NCBI GenBank assembly: GCA_002269645.1
Contig: NIVC01002602.1
Location: forward strand, 62,001 to 126,000
Reading direction: 5' to 3'
Origin: Macrostomum lignano
Taxonomy: Eukaryota
DNA length: 64,000 bases
Made by a program: the position numbers and the translations under genes. Shown here one piece after another: positions 13,241 through 24,545 of this stretch; the stretch's first letter is position 1, and each line of letters opens with the position of its first letter. The notes under the pieces are model-generated. The model was not told where the DNA came from. It was given only the letters and a program-made list of their open reading frames with translations, and did not search any database.

Positions 13241-14696
13241 ACCTTCATACATGCCCAATACCTAGCCAACCTGGCCAATTTGGATAAGAAAAGAAAAGAG
13301 AAATAGATATAGGATGTATTAAAGGAAACATAGGAAAGGAGAAAAACAAGGAAAATGAAAGGAAAGAAGCAACAACAGAGACCATGTTATACCCAAAGGC
13401 AACTAAATCACAATTTTCAGAAAAACTATTGCATTGGCCAGGTGAAATTTCAAAGTTGGGCATATATGATTACCTTTTACTATGTTCTTTAAATGATTCA
13501 AATATAAAAGTTGTCTGGCAAAACATAAGATAAGACTAATGCTCTTGTTAAAACTTGCTTTGACATAGCAGATGCAATATAGTAAATGAGCCACATATCT
13601 GCTCATCTAGTTCATCCTTTTAGGCTTTATTTAGGCTTTATAAGACATCATTTAATTCATTGGCATTTGTGCAACTTACTATTTTAGTTTATACCCTGAG
13701 GCTACCTCATATACTTATTTATTGAGGCTTAAAATATTAAAACAGAGCAAAGCGATTATGGATTTTCAAGGCAAGTAAAAAGCATTTTAAAGTGACTAAA
13801 GCACTTGCAATGAGTGTACCTATGAAAGATAGGAATATTCATGACCACAATTAATAGATAAAAATTCTTTGTTTTAAAGAATAAAGCATCACTCCTATAT
13901 TTTTGCTGACAATCCTTATATTATTTGCTTTATTATTTATTATTCTAATTTAGTTTTTAAAAATATTACCTGAAAGCACTGTTTTCACTGCATGCATTGG
14001 AATTAATTATGGCTCCGCGAGATTCTAATCCACTAATTAAACATGCATGCCAAATCTATCCTACTTATTATCGATCATTCGATAACTATCAGGGAAATAT
14101 AAATCCCCAATTTCAAAAAAGTTTTTTGCCTCAGTTTGAGCACAGTCACAGTTCAAAATGTCGGCTGGGAAAGAGCTGTCTATGCCAGCAGCAGCACCAA
14201 TGTTGGCGGCTGACTGTGCCATATCTGAAGCTGTCAACTAGAATAAATCATGCTTGACATGCACACAGCTGGCTCTCTGGTTTAATAACTTATCAATTGA
14301 TCTTCTTGGAACACTCTCTAAATTTGTTTTTTGTTTCCTGTGATCAATTACTCAAACAGTTGAAATTTACTGCTACATTTGTGTGAAATTTAATATAATT
14401 TTATTCAAGAAATACTTGTCCAAAATACAATAACTGACTTGTATTTTTATTGTTTTCTGTTGTGTTTTCTAAACAAGCTGTCCATTGTTCAGATTCAGAT
14501 TATATTGCTAATATATTGTATATTTTGAGTAAAATTCAAATACCATTTTTTATTCAGTTATAGAAGTTTTAAACAAGTGTGTGATTTTTTTAGTTTAATA
14601 ATATACTGGTGCTATTCTATAATTAATTAAGGTAAGATTTTCATTAAATTATTAAATTTTGCAAAAACCAAATTACCATTAGGACACTCAGTCGCT

Positions 14697-16552
14697 GTGC
14701 CACCCTCCTCCCAGATCTCTCTATTTTCTGGTCCAGCCTCCCAGATCCTCAGTTGCGGAGCCACCAGCCTCCCACATCCTCAGTTGCTGGACCAGCCTCC
14801 CAGATCCTCAGTCGCTGGACCAGCCTCCCAGATCCTCAGTTGCTGGACCAGCCTCCTAGATCCTCAGTCGCTGGACCAGCCTCCCAGATCCTCAGTTGCT
14901 GGACCAGCCTCCCAGATCCTCAATCGCTGGACCAGCCTCCCAGATCCTCAGTCGCTGGACCAGCCTCCCAGATCCTCAGTTGCTGGACCAGCCTCCTAGA
15001 TCCTCAGTCGCTGGACCAGCCTCCCAGATCCTCAGTTGCTGGACCAGCCTCCTAGATCCTCAGTTGCTGGACCAGCCTCCCAGATCCTCAGTTGCTGGGC
15101 CAGCCTCCTAGATCCTCAGTTGCTGGACCATCCTTCCAGATCCTCAGTCGCTGGACCATCCTTCCAGATTCTCAGTCGCTAGACCATCCTTCCAGATCCT
15201 CAGTCGCTGGACCAGCCTCCCAGATCCTCAGTTGCTGGACCAGCCTCCCAGATCCTCAGTCGCTGGACCAGCCTCCCAGATCCTCAGTCGCTGGACCAGC
15301 CTCCCAGATCCTCAGTTGCTGGACCAGCCTCCCAGATCCTCAGTCGCTGGACCAGCCTCCCAGATCCTCAGTCGCTGGACCAGCCTCCCAGATCCTCAGT
15401 CGCTGGACCAGCCTCCTAGATCCTCAGTTGCTGGACCAGCCTCCCAGATCCTCAGTTGCTGGGCCAGCCTCCTAGATCCTCAGTTGCTGGACCATCCTTC
15501 CAGATCCTCAGTCGCTGGACCATCCTTCCAGATTCTCAGTCGCTAGACCATCCTTCCAGATCCTCAGTCGCTGGACCAGCCTCCCAGATCCTCAGTTGCT
15601 GGGCCAGCCTCCCAGATCCTCAGTTGCTGGGCCAGCCTCCCAGATCCTCAGTCGCTGGACCAGCCTCCCAGATCCTCAGTCGCTGGACCAGCCTCCCAGA
15701 TCCTCAATCGCTGGACCAGCCTCCCAGATCCTCAGTCGCTGGACCAGTCTTCCAGATCCTCAGTCGCTGGACCAGCCTCCCAGATCCTCAGTTGCTGGAC
15801 CAGCCTCCTAGATCCTCAGTTGCTGGACCAGCCTCCCAGATCCTCAGTTGCTGGGCCAGCCTCCTAGATCCTCAGTTGCTGGACCATCCTTCCAGATCCT
15901 CAGTCGCTGGACCATCCTTCCAGATTCTCAGTCGCTGGACCAGCCTCCCAGATCCTCAGTCGCTGGACCAGCCTCCCAGATCCTCAGTTGCTGGACCAGC
16001 CTCCCAGATCCTCAGTCGCTGGACCAGCCTCCCAGATCCTCAGTCGCTGGACCAGCCTCCCAGATCCTCAGTTGCTGGACCAGCCTCCCAGATCCTCAGT
16101 CGCTGGACCAGCCTCCCAGATCCTCAGTCGCTGGACCAGCCTCCCAGATCCTCAGTCGCTGGACCAGCCTCCTAGATCCTCAGTTGCTGGACCAGCCTCC
16201 CAGATCCTCAGTTGCTGGGCCAGCCTCCTAGATCCTCAGTTGCTGGACCATCCTTCCAGATCCTCAGTCGCTGGACCATCCTTCCAGATTCTCAGTCGCT
16301 AGACCATCCTTCCAGATCCTCAGTCGCTGGACCAGCCTCCCAGATCCTCAGTTGCTGGGCCAGCCTCCCAGATCCTCAGTTGCTGGGCCAGCCTCCCAGA
16401 TCCTCAGTCGCTGGACCAGCCTCCCAGATCCTCAGTCGCTGGACCAGCCTCCCAGATCCTCAATCGCTGGACCAGCCTCCTAGATCCTCAGTCGCTGGAC
16501 CAGTCTTCCAGATCCTCAGTCGCTGGACCAGCCTCCCAGATCCTCAGTTGCT
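14697..16552. repeat. 28-bp minisatellite (CTGGACCAGCCTCCCAGATCCTCAGT(C/T)G), ~1.85 kb, ending ~90 bp before the OSGEP ATG
   Basis: About 65 tandem copies with block-wise variant patterns. Confidence 0.98.
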
Positions 16553-16640
16553 TCGCCAGCTCGAGTATCCAGTCGCCTCGGCTCCCTAATAAATCGAGCG
16601 CACAACCCGACATTTCCAGCGCTGAGTCGCCATCCCCAGC

Positions 16641-19215
16641 ATGGTCCTAATTGCCATGGGATTCGAGGGCAGCGCCAACAAGCTCGGCGTAGGCATAGTT
16701 CGCGACGACGGTCAAGTGCTGGCCAATCCCCGGGTCACCTTTGTAACTCCGCCTGGCGAAGGCTTTCAACCGTCGGAAACTGCCAGGCATCATCAGCAGC
16801 ACGTGCTCGACGTGCTCGCCGACGCTTTGGCAGAAGCGAAATTGTCGCCAAAAGAAATTGACGTCGTGTGCTATACAAAGGGCCCCGGCATGGGTGCGCC
16901 TCTTGTTAGCGTGGCTCTGGTTGCCAGGACTGTGGCCCAACTGTGGAGGAAGCCAATATTGGGCGTCAATCATTGCATTGGGCACATTGAAATGGGCCGA
17001 CTCATTACTGGTGCTGTTAATCCTACGGTGCTGTATGTTAGCGGCGGCAATACTCAGGTGATTAGGGCTTTTTTGTTTTTTAGGGGCTTTGGAACTGAAT
17101 TATTTTTATTGGTTTTCCTAGAAATCGGGAACGAGTTGGTTTTGGGACTCTCCGGTCACCCAATTCTATGGAATTCTCCAACAAGACTAATTAATTGTGA
17201 CTATCTACCTTCGGGATTCCCCCTGAGTCACCGACTGTCTACCTCTGGGATTCCCCTAGAGTCACCGACTGTCTACCTCTGGGATTCCCCTAGAGTCACC
17301 GACTGTCTACCTCTGGGATTCCCCTAGAGTCACCGACTGTCTACCTCTGGGATTCCCCTAGAGTCACCGACTGTCTACCTCTGGGATTCCCCTAGAGTCA
17401 CCGACTGTCTACCTCTGGGATTCCCCTAGAGTCACCGACTGTCTACCTCTGGGATTCCCCTAGAGTCACCGACTGTCTACCTCTGGGATTCCCCTAGAGT
17501 CACCGACTGTCTACCTCTGGGATTCCCCTAGAGTCACCGACTGTCTACCTCTGGGATTCCCCTAGAGTCACCGACTGTCTACCTTTGTGTGATGAATTGA
17601 GATTGAGACGAAGCGATTGAATTGGCTTGAGCCGCAAGTTGTAGACAGCGTTTCTAAACTGACGCTTCGGTCCTTTATATTGTATTATAGAACTGAGTAC
17701 ATTTAGTTAGGACGAACGATGTACATTGCGAAGAAGTACTGTACGTATAAATAGAAATCGATCAGTTCAGTGGAGGGGAGGGTCTAAAATGGTAAGCTAA
17801 AATTAAGCAGCCAAACGCACAAAGCAATACAGTTCAAAGGTATGAGATAGCCAATTCACACTTTGGGATTCCCCCAGAGTCAGACTGTCTACCTTGGGAT
17901 TCTTCAAGAGTCACTGACTGCCTACATTTGGGATTCCCCAGAGTCACCGACTGTCTACCTCTGGGATTCCCCTGAGTCACTGACTGTCTACCTCTGGGAT
18001 TCTTCAAAAGTCACTGACTGCCTACATTTGGGATCCCCCCAGAGTCCCCAACTGTCTATCTTGGAATTCCCCAATAATCACCGACTGTCTTGATTGGGAT
18101 TCTCCTAAGGTCTACCTTGAATTTCCCCAGAGTCACCGCTGTCTACCTTTGGATTTTCCAGGAGTCACCGACTTGGCACCTTGGGATTCCCCAAAGTCCC
18201 CGAATTAGTACCTTGGGATTCCCCCAAAGTCCTCGACTTAGTACCTTGGGATTCCCCAAAGTTCCCGACTTAGTACCTTGGGATTCCCCAAAGTCCTCGA
18301 CTTAGTACCTTGGGATTCCCCAAAGTTCCCGACTTAGTACCTTGGGATTCCCCAAAGTCCCCGACTTAGTACCTTGGGATTCCCCCAAGTCCCCGAATTA
18401 GTACCTTGGGATTCCCCCAAAGTCCTCGACTTAGTACCTTGGGATTCCCCAAAGTTCCCGACTTAGTACCTTGGGATTCCCCAAAGTCCCGAGTTAGTAT
18501 CTTGGGATTCCCCAAGAGTCACCGACTGTTTACCTTGGGATTCGGCCACCCACTGTCTACCGTGGAATTCTTTACAATCCGGCCCAATTTTACAATCGCA
18601 TCCTGCTCGCAGGTGATTGCCTACAGCCAGCGGCGTTATCGAATATTCGGTGAAACTCTCGACATCGCGGTTGGCAACTGTTTAGACAGATTCGCCCGCT
18701 GTATTCGCCTATCAAACGATCCCAGTCCGGGATACAATATCGAACAGTTGGCTAAGCAAGCCAGTGGGGATAAGTTTGTTAAACTGCCCTACACAGTCAA
18801 AGGCATGGACGTATCGTTCAGCGGTCTATTAAGCTTCTTAGAAGAGCGAGCGCCCAGTTTAATTGATAGCGGAGAATTCAGTCAGGCAGATTTGTGCTAC
18901 AGCCTTCAAGAAACTATATTCGCTATGCTAACGGAGATGACTGAGAGAGCTATGGCTCACTGCGGCTCCCAGGAGGTACTGCTAGTTGGCGGCGTGGCCT
19001 GCAACCTCCGACTGCAACAGATGGTCGGTCAGATGGCTGATGAGCGAGGCGCTAAATTATACGCTACTGATCATCGATTCTGCATCGATAATGGCGCTAT
19101 GATTGCTCAGGCCGGTATTGAAATGTTTAGGTGCGGACTGACTACGCCAATGTCAGATACCGGCTGTACTCAACGGTATCGAACCGATGAGGTGGAGATT
19201 CTGTGGCGAGATTGA
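16641..19215 (+). CDS. OSGEP: tRNA N6-adenosine threonylcarbamoyltransferase (Kae1/OSGEP, KEOPS), 2 exons, 339 aa
   Basis: Exons 16641-17057 and 18613-19215 (phase 0). Motifs [34 protein letters not shown]|[27 protein letters not shown]-terminal [11 protein letters not shown]. Confidence 0.97.
17195..18560. repeat. 34-bp and related 32-33-bp minisatellites in the OSGEP intron
   Basis: CTCTGGGATTCCCCTAGAGTCACCGACTGTCTAC (period 34) at 17195-17587; related units resume after the LTR at 17861-18560. Confidence 0.95.
17588..17860. mobile_element. Solo LTR (273 bp) inserted in the OSGEP intron minisatellite
   Basis: TGTGATGAATTG...CAATTCACA termini (TG..CA, short inverted ends), 5-bp TSD CTTTG both sides, internal TATAAATA. 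Confidence 0.75.
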
Positions 19216-19424
19216 ACTCAATCCAAGCTATAAACTAACAAAACTCTTATAATAAATAATACAATTTGATCGTCTAAATTTGTGGCATTTTTACAACAAT
19301 TATTTATGTCCTGCTGTACTTTTTGGATCTGTTGGGTTCCTACTTGTTTTTATTACTGATAGATTCTAAGCTAGACTTAATTTATTATTTATTAGTTAGC
19401 GGGCATAAAATTCTAGTCATTGAG

Positions 19425-19835
19425 GGGTTCGCGGCCTTAATCTAACCAGCAGAGAGGTGTGAGGGGTTGGCGGCCATAAACTAACCAGTAAGGGGTGAGG
19501 GGTTGGCGGCCATAAACTAACCAGTAGGGGGATGAGGGGTTGGCGGCCATAAACTAACCAGTAAGGGGTGAGGCGTTGGCGGCCATAAACTAACCAGTAG
19601 GGGGATGAGGGGTTGGCGGCCATAAACTAACCAGTAAGGGGTGAGGGGTTGGCGGCCATAAACTAACCAGTAAGGGGTAGGGGGTTGGCGGCCATAAACT
19701 AACCAGTAAGGGGTAAGGGGTTGGCGGCCATAAACTAACCAGTAAGGGGTGAGGGGTTGGCGGCCATAAACTAACCAGTAAGGGGTAAGGGGTTGACGGC
19801 CATAAACTAACCAGTGGGGGTTGGCGGTCATAAAC
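19425..19835. repeat. 36-bp minisatellite between OSGEP and NOL9
   Basis: GGGGTTGGCGGCCATAAACTAACCAGTAAGGGGTGA tandem. Confidence 0.95.
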
Positions 19836-19931
19836 TAATTACGGGTTGGTGAGATAGACTGGCTAGTGAGTTGAAGTACAAACACTTGCTAATAACATTT
19901 AAAATCATATTCATTGACATGTATATTTAAG

Positions 19932-22900
19932 ATGTCATCTGCTCAGTTGGAAGAGCCGAAAGTAAAAAGGAAAAAAAGCCTTCAATCTGCTGAAGTTGTC
20001 ATGGACCCTCCAAAAATTGATGCTACACAACAAGAGAGGCTAGAAACTAACGAGCCAAAGTTAACAGCCATGGACACCAACTGCTATAAATTAGAAATTG
20101 CTAACAGTGAAGTCAGTGTGATGCTGTTTCTTGAATCCAATGTAGCCTCTTCTGCCGCAACTGAAGACTCCATTAAAGATCCAATCGGTGTGCTATTTGG
20201 CTGCTGTCAATTATCCTGTTTAATTGGCAGCGTGAAAATATTGGAATTTGTCATCCGAAGAAATAAATGGAGACCAGTGTACTCAACTGAGAATGTCAGC
20301 TGGTTAACCGTTGGTATTCAATTTGCTAACTTATCTACCGATAAATTAGACGAAAAAGATGGAACTGATGAAAGCCTGACTCAGCTAACTAAAACTGTCT
20401 TTGATATTTTGGCTAGAAATTCGAAGTTATTTCCCAGTAGTCAGCGGCTTTGCGCCATCGCTTGCAAGCCATTGAAGCCGGCTGGCTATGGGGAGGCATT
20501 CCGGAAACATCACATCTTTAGGTTGGTTCTTTACACTACAAACCCTTAATCCCGTTGCTCAATAACGCCTACAAAGACACTCCGTTGCTTAATGCGCCTA
20601 CAAAGACTTAACCCTGTTGCTCAATATGCCAACAAAGACTTAATCCCGTTGCTTCATACGTCTAGCCTACAAAGACTTAATCCCATTGCTCCATACGCCT
20701 AGCCTACAAAGACTTAATCCCGTTGCTCCATACGCCTAGCCTACAAAGACTTAATCCCGTTGCTCCATACGCCTAGCCTACAAAGACTTGATCCCGTTGC
20801 TTAATACGCCTAGCCTACAAAGACTTAATCCCATTGCTCCATACGCCTAGCCTACAAAGACTTAATCCCGTTGCTCCATACGCCTAGCCTACAAAGACTT
20901 GATCCCGTTGCTTAATACGCCTAGCCTACAAAGACTTAATCCCATTGCTCCATACGCCTAGCCTACAAAGACTTAATCCCGTTGCTCCATACGCCTAGCC
21001 TACAAAGACTTAATCCCGTTGCTCCATACGCCTAGCCTACAAAGACTTGATCCCGTTGCTTAATACGCCTAGCCTACAAAGACTTAATCCCATTGCTCCA
21101 TACGCCTAGCCTACAAAGACTTGATCCCGTTGCTTAATACGCCTAGCCTACAAAAACTAAACCCCGTTGCTCAATACGCCTGCAAAGACAACTTCGTTGC
21201 TTAATGCGCCTACAAAGACCTAACCCTCGTTGCTCAATACACCTAACCTACAAAGACAACCCTTTTGCTCAATACGTCTACAAAGACTTAACCCCGTTGC
21301 TCAATATGCCTACAAAGACTAAAACCAATTATCACCAGGTACATCTTCGCTCCCCCAAAAGTTCAACCGTCCTGCCTTCAACTAATTACCGAATCGACTA
21401 GTTATAGTTTCTACCTCAGCTCTATCCAGTCGTTGCGCTCAATCTCTAACGAATTTCGAGTACACCTACCCGACGATGAGCTTTGGTCCGGTCGTTTAGG
21501 CGAAGCTGTGACGGAATGCTTGGATACCAACAGACACAGTCGGGAGCAGCAGCGATTTGTTGTCTGCGGACCAGGAATTCCGGTAAAAGTAGCGTGGCTC
21601 GCTGTTTGATTAACAGGCTGCTGTCGGAGGGTGTCGCCTCCGTCGCTTACCTTGACTGCGACCCCGGTCAGACTGAGTTCACTCCGCCAGGTTTCGTATC
21701 GTTAACTTTGGTGCAGTCCCCGCTGCTGGGGCCGCCGTTCACTCATCAAGTGTTCGGTTTTGGCGAGACTGCGTGTTCTGAATATGATAATGCCGATAGG
21801 TGAGACTCTAGTGTATTTAGCTGCCGCTTTTAATTGAAAAAGAAATTCAACATTCTTAATTTAATGAACAATGTGAACCTGCACTTTGATGGAACCCATT
21901 CATCTGAAGAATCGCACCCCTGATTCCCACCTGAAAAGTCCCTGATTAAAAAATTCCCACCTGAAGAATCACCAATCAAAGAATCGCCCCCCCCCTGATC
22001 CCCACCTGAAAAATCGCCCCCCCCCTGATCCCCACCTGAAAAATCGCCCCCCCCTGATCCCCACCTGAAGAATCGCCCCCCCCCCTGATCCCCACCTGAA
22101 GAATCGCCCCCCCCCCTGATCCCCACCTGAAGAATCGCCCCCCACCTGAAGAATCGCCCCCCCCCTGATCCCCACCTGAAGAATCGCCCCCCCCCTGATC
22201 CCCACCTGAAGAATCGCCCCCCCTCTGATCCCCACCTGAAGAATCGCCCCTCCCCCTGATCCCCACCTGAAGAATCGCCCCCCCCTGATCCCCACCTGAA
22301 GAATCGCCCCCCCCCCTGATCCCCACCTGAAGAATCGCCCCCCCCCTGATCCCCACCTGAAGAATCGCCCCCCCTGATCCCCACCTGAAGAATCGCCCCC
22401 CCCTGATCCATACCTGAAGAATCGCCCCCCCCTGATCCCCACCTGAAGAATCGCCCCCCCCCTGATCCCCACCTGAAGAATCGCCCCCCCCCCCTGATCC
22501 ATACCTGACGAATCGCCCCCCCAATCCCCACCTGAAGAATCGCCCCCCCCCCTGATCCATACCTGAAGAATCGCCCCCCAATCCCCACCTGAAGAATCGC
22601 CCCCCAATCCCCACCTGAAGAATCACCAAGGTGAAGTATCCCCACCTGAGGAGTCTCCATGCCGCACCCCAACATCTGCACTGCAGCAGCAGCAACCCCC
22701 GGCCCAGCATCCTTGCCGCCTGCTGCCTGGGCGGCTGCAGTCCCGGCAGTCCTCGCGACTATCTCTCGGCCGTGGCCAGCCTAGCAACAGCGGCGGCCGA
22801 TTTGGACCCGGCCACGGTGCCCCTAGTAGCAAACACAATGGGCTGGACAAACGGCCTTGGCCTACTGTTGCTATGCGAAACTATTCGATTGTTATCGCCC

Positions 22901-24350
22901 AGCTATGTTGTACAGATCGAGTCCGAATCGCCCAATAGAAATCTGCCTTCGCTATTAACGCCCGACTATTTGCTAAGCGAGTCGGCTCCGAGATTTCGCG
23001 CTTGCCAATCGGATTATCCGGGCGGTAATGCGCAGGTTGGACACCTGCTAATCTGTGTGCCGGGTAGGCTGCGCAGCCAGCCAACCCGATACGGAGCGCC
23101 TCAGCAACGGGAGCTGTCTGTGCTGGCCACTGTTCTGCCGCTTAGCAACTGTCCCGTTTATCGGGTGCCGTTCGACGCTTTTGTTGGGGTGTACATCTCC
23201 GGCGGCAACAGCAGGATTAACGACTCTTTGGATAGGGTGCGATTATTCACTATCTATTGAATTTGTATATTATTACACTATCCATTATCATACTACTGCT
23301 TCATTGTGTTTGGAATAGTAGTACTACGCGATTGTATTATTGGCAGTAGTTAGTTTTAAACCAATTGGCCTGATTAAATTGTTGGCTCGCTGGCTAACTC
23401 ACTCTAGTAATCAACCAGTCACTCAATCACTCACTCACTCACTGAAGAGTCGCCAGGTACAGAATCCCCACCTGAAGGCTCGATCACTCAGTCACTCACT
23501 GCTCACTCACTCAATTACTCACTCAGTCAGTCATCACTCAATCACTCAGTCAGTCAGTCAGTCACTCACTCACTCACTCTCACTCAGTCATCACTCACTA
23601 ACTCAATCACTCACTAACCCAATCACTCACTCACTCACTCTCACTCAGTCATCACTCACTCACTCACTCACTCTCACTCAGTCATCACTCACTCACTCAC
23701 TCAGTCATCACTCACTCACTCACTCACTCTCACTCAGTCATCACTCACTCACTCACTCACTCACTCAGTCATCACTCACTCACTCACTCACTCTCACTCA
23801 GTCATCACTCACTCACTCACTCACTCAGTCATCACTCACTCACTCACTCACTCTCACTCAGTCATCACTCACTCACTCACTCACTCAGTCATCACTCACT
23901 CACTCCCCATCCGCGCAGGTGCTTAACGCCTCACTTGTCGGCCTGTGCACAGCGGATGAAGACGCTGATCTGCAGGCGAGCTCGGGCGCTCCTCAACGGC
24001 AGCTCCGCCGACTGAACCGTCTGCCCAGTCGGCACAGCTGTCTTGGCGTCGGCCTCGTTCGCTGCGTCGACTCCAACAATCGGCAGGTGTGCCTGCAGAC
24101 CTGGACACCGTCCGAGCATCTAGCCAGGGTTCGATTCCTGTTGCACAACATCCCTGATCTGCCGCTGCCGTTTCTGGACAAGCTGCAGAGCTCGGACCGG
24201 CTTGCTGAGGAAGGCGAGTCGGCGGCAGCCTCGCAGCAGCAGCAGCAGCCGCCGCCGTACGTCGGCGAGATGCCCGACTGTGGCATCGGGTCGCTGCGTC
24301 TTCGAGCGGAACGGCGACCATTGAAGCATCATCATTTGCAGCGTCGGTGA
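19932..24350 (+). CDS. NOL9: Polynucleotide 5'-hydroxyl kinase NOL9/Grc3 (Clp1 family), 4 exons, one apparent 1-nt deletion at ~21572
   Basis: Exons 19932-20521, 21339-21799, 22687-23236, 23919-24350. Motifs VVCGP/RNSGKS (split by frameshift), LINRLL, LDCDPGQTEFTPPG, GPPFTH, NTMGWTNGLGLLLL, VLNASLVGLC. Exon total 2033 nt, one short of 678 codons. Confidence 0.88.
20545..21320. repeat. 37-bp minisatellite filling NOL9 intron 1
   Basis: CCTAGCCTACAAAGACTTAATCCCGTTGCTCCATACG tandem. Confidence 0.95.
21920..22650. repeat. ~30-bp C-rich minisatellite filling NOL9 intron 2
   Basis: GATCCCCACCTGAAGAATCGCCCCCCCCCT, variable C-run. Confidence 0.95.
23395..23905. repeat. (TCAC)n-derived composite repeat in NOL9 intron 3
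   Basis: TCACTCAC interspersed with TCAGTCATCAC. Confidence 0.93.
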
Positions 24351-24366
24351 TGCTGGATTTCAGTGT

Positions 24367-24380
24367 GTTGCCATGGAAAC
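24367..24380. promoter_or_regulatory. Canonical RFX X-box GTTGCCATGGAAAC
   Basis: Exact match to the GTTNCCATGGNAAC consensus; function not shown. Confidence 0.45.
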
Positions 24381-24409
24381 AGGATCATCTCCGATAGTAA
24401 TGTTTTCTG

Positions 24410-24545
24410 TTATGCGGGATTCTTCTGGAAATTTTTCTTCTTTTAGAAGAGATTCTTCTGGCGATTTCTCTTCTTTTAGAAGAGATTCTTGTCACGTTTT
24501 TTCTTCTTTTAAGGAAGATTATTCTTGCGAGTTTTTCCCTCTTCT
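24410..24545. repeat. Short ~33-bp tandem repeat 3' of NOL9
   Basis: TTCTTCTTTTAGAAGAGATTCTT... about 4 copies. Confidence 0.75.

Noticed and set aside
14697-16589. Long repetitive ORFs (DQPPRSSVAGPASQ...) and similar ORFs at 21.8-22.7, 33.7-34.9, 44.2-46.7, 48.2-49.8, 50.5-51.2 and 59.2-60.1 kb
   Set aside because: They are translations of stop-free minisatellites, open in several frames, and lie in introns or intergenic DNA defined by flanking splice sites.
21565-21580. Programmed -1 ribosomal frameshift in NOL9
   Set aside because: No X XXY YYZ slippery heptamer at the site.
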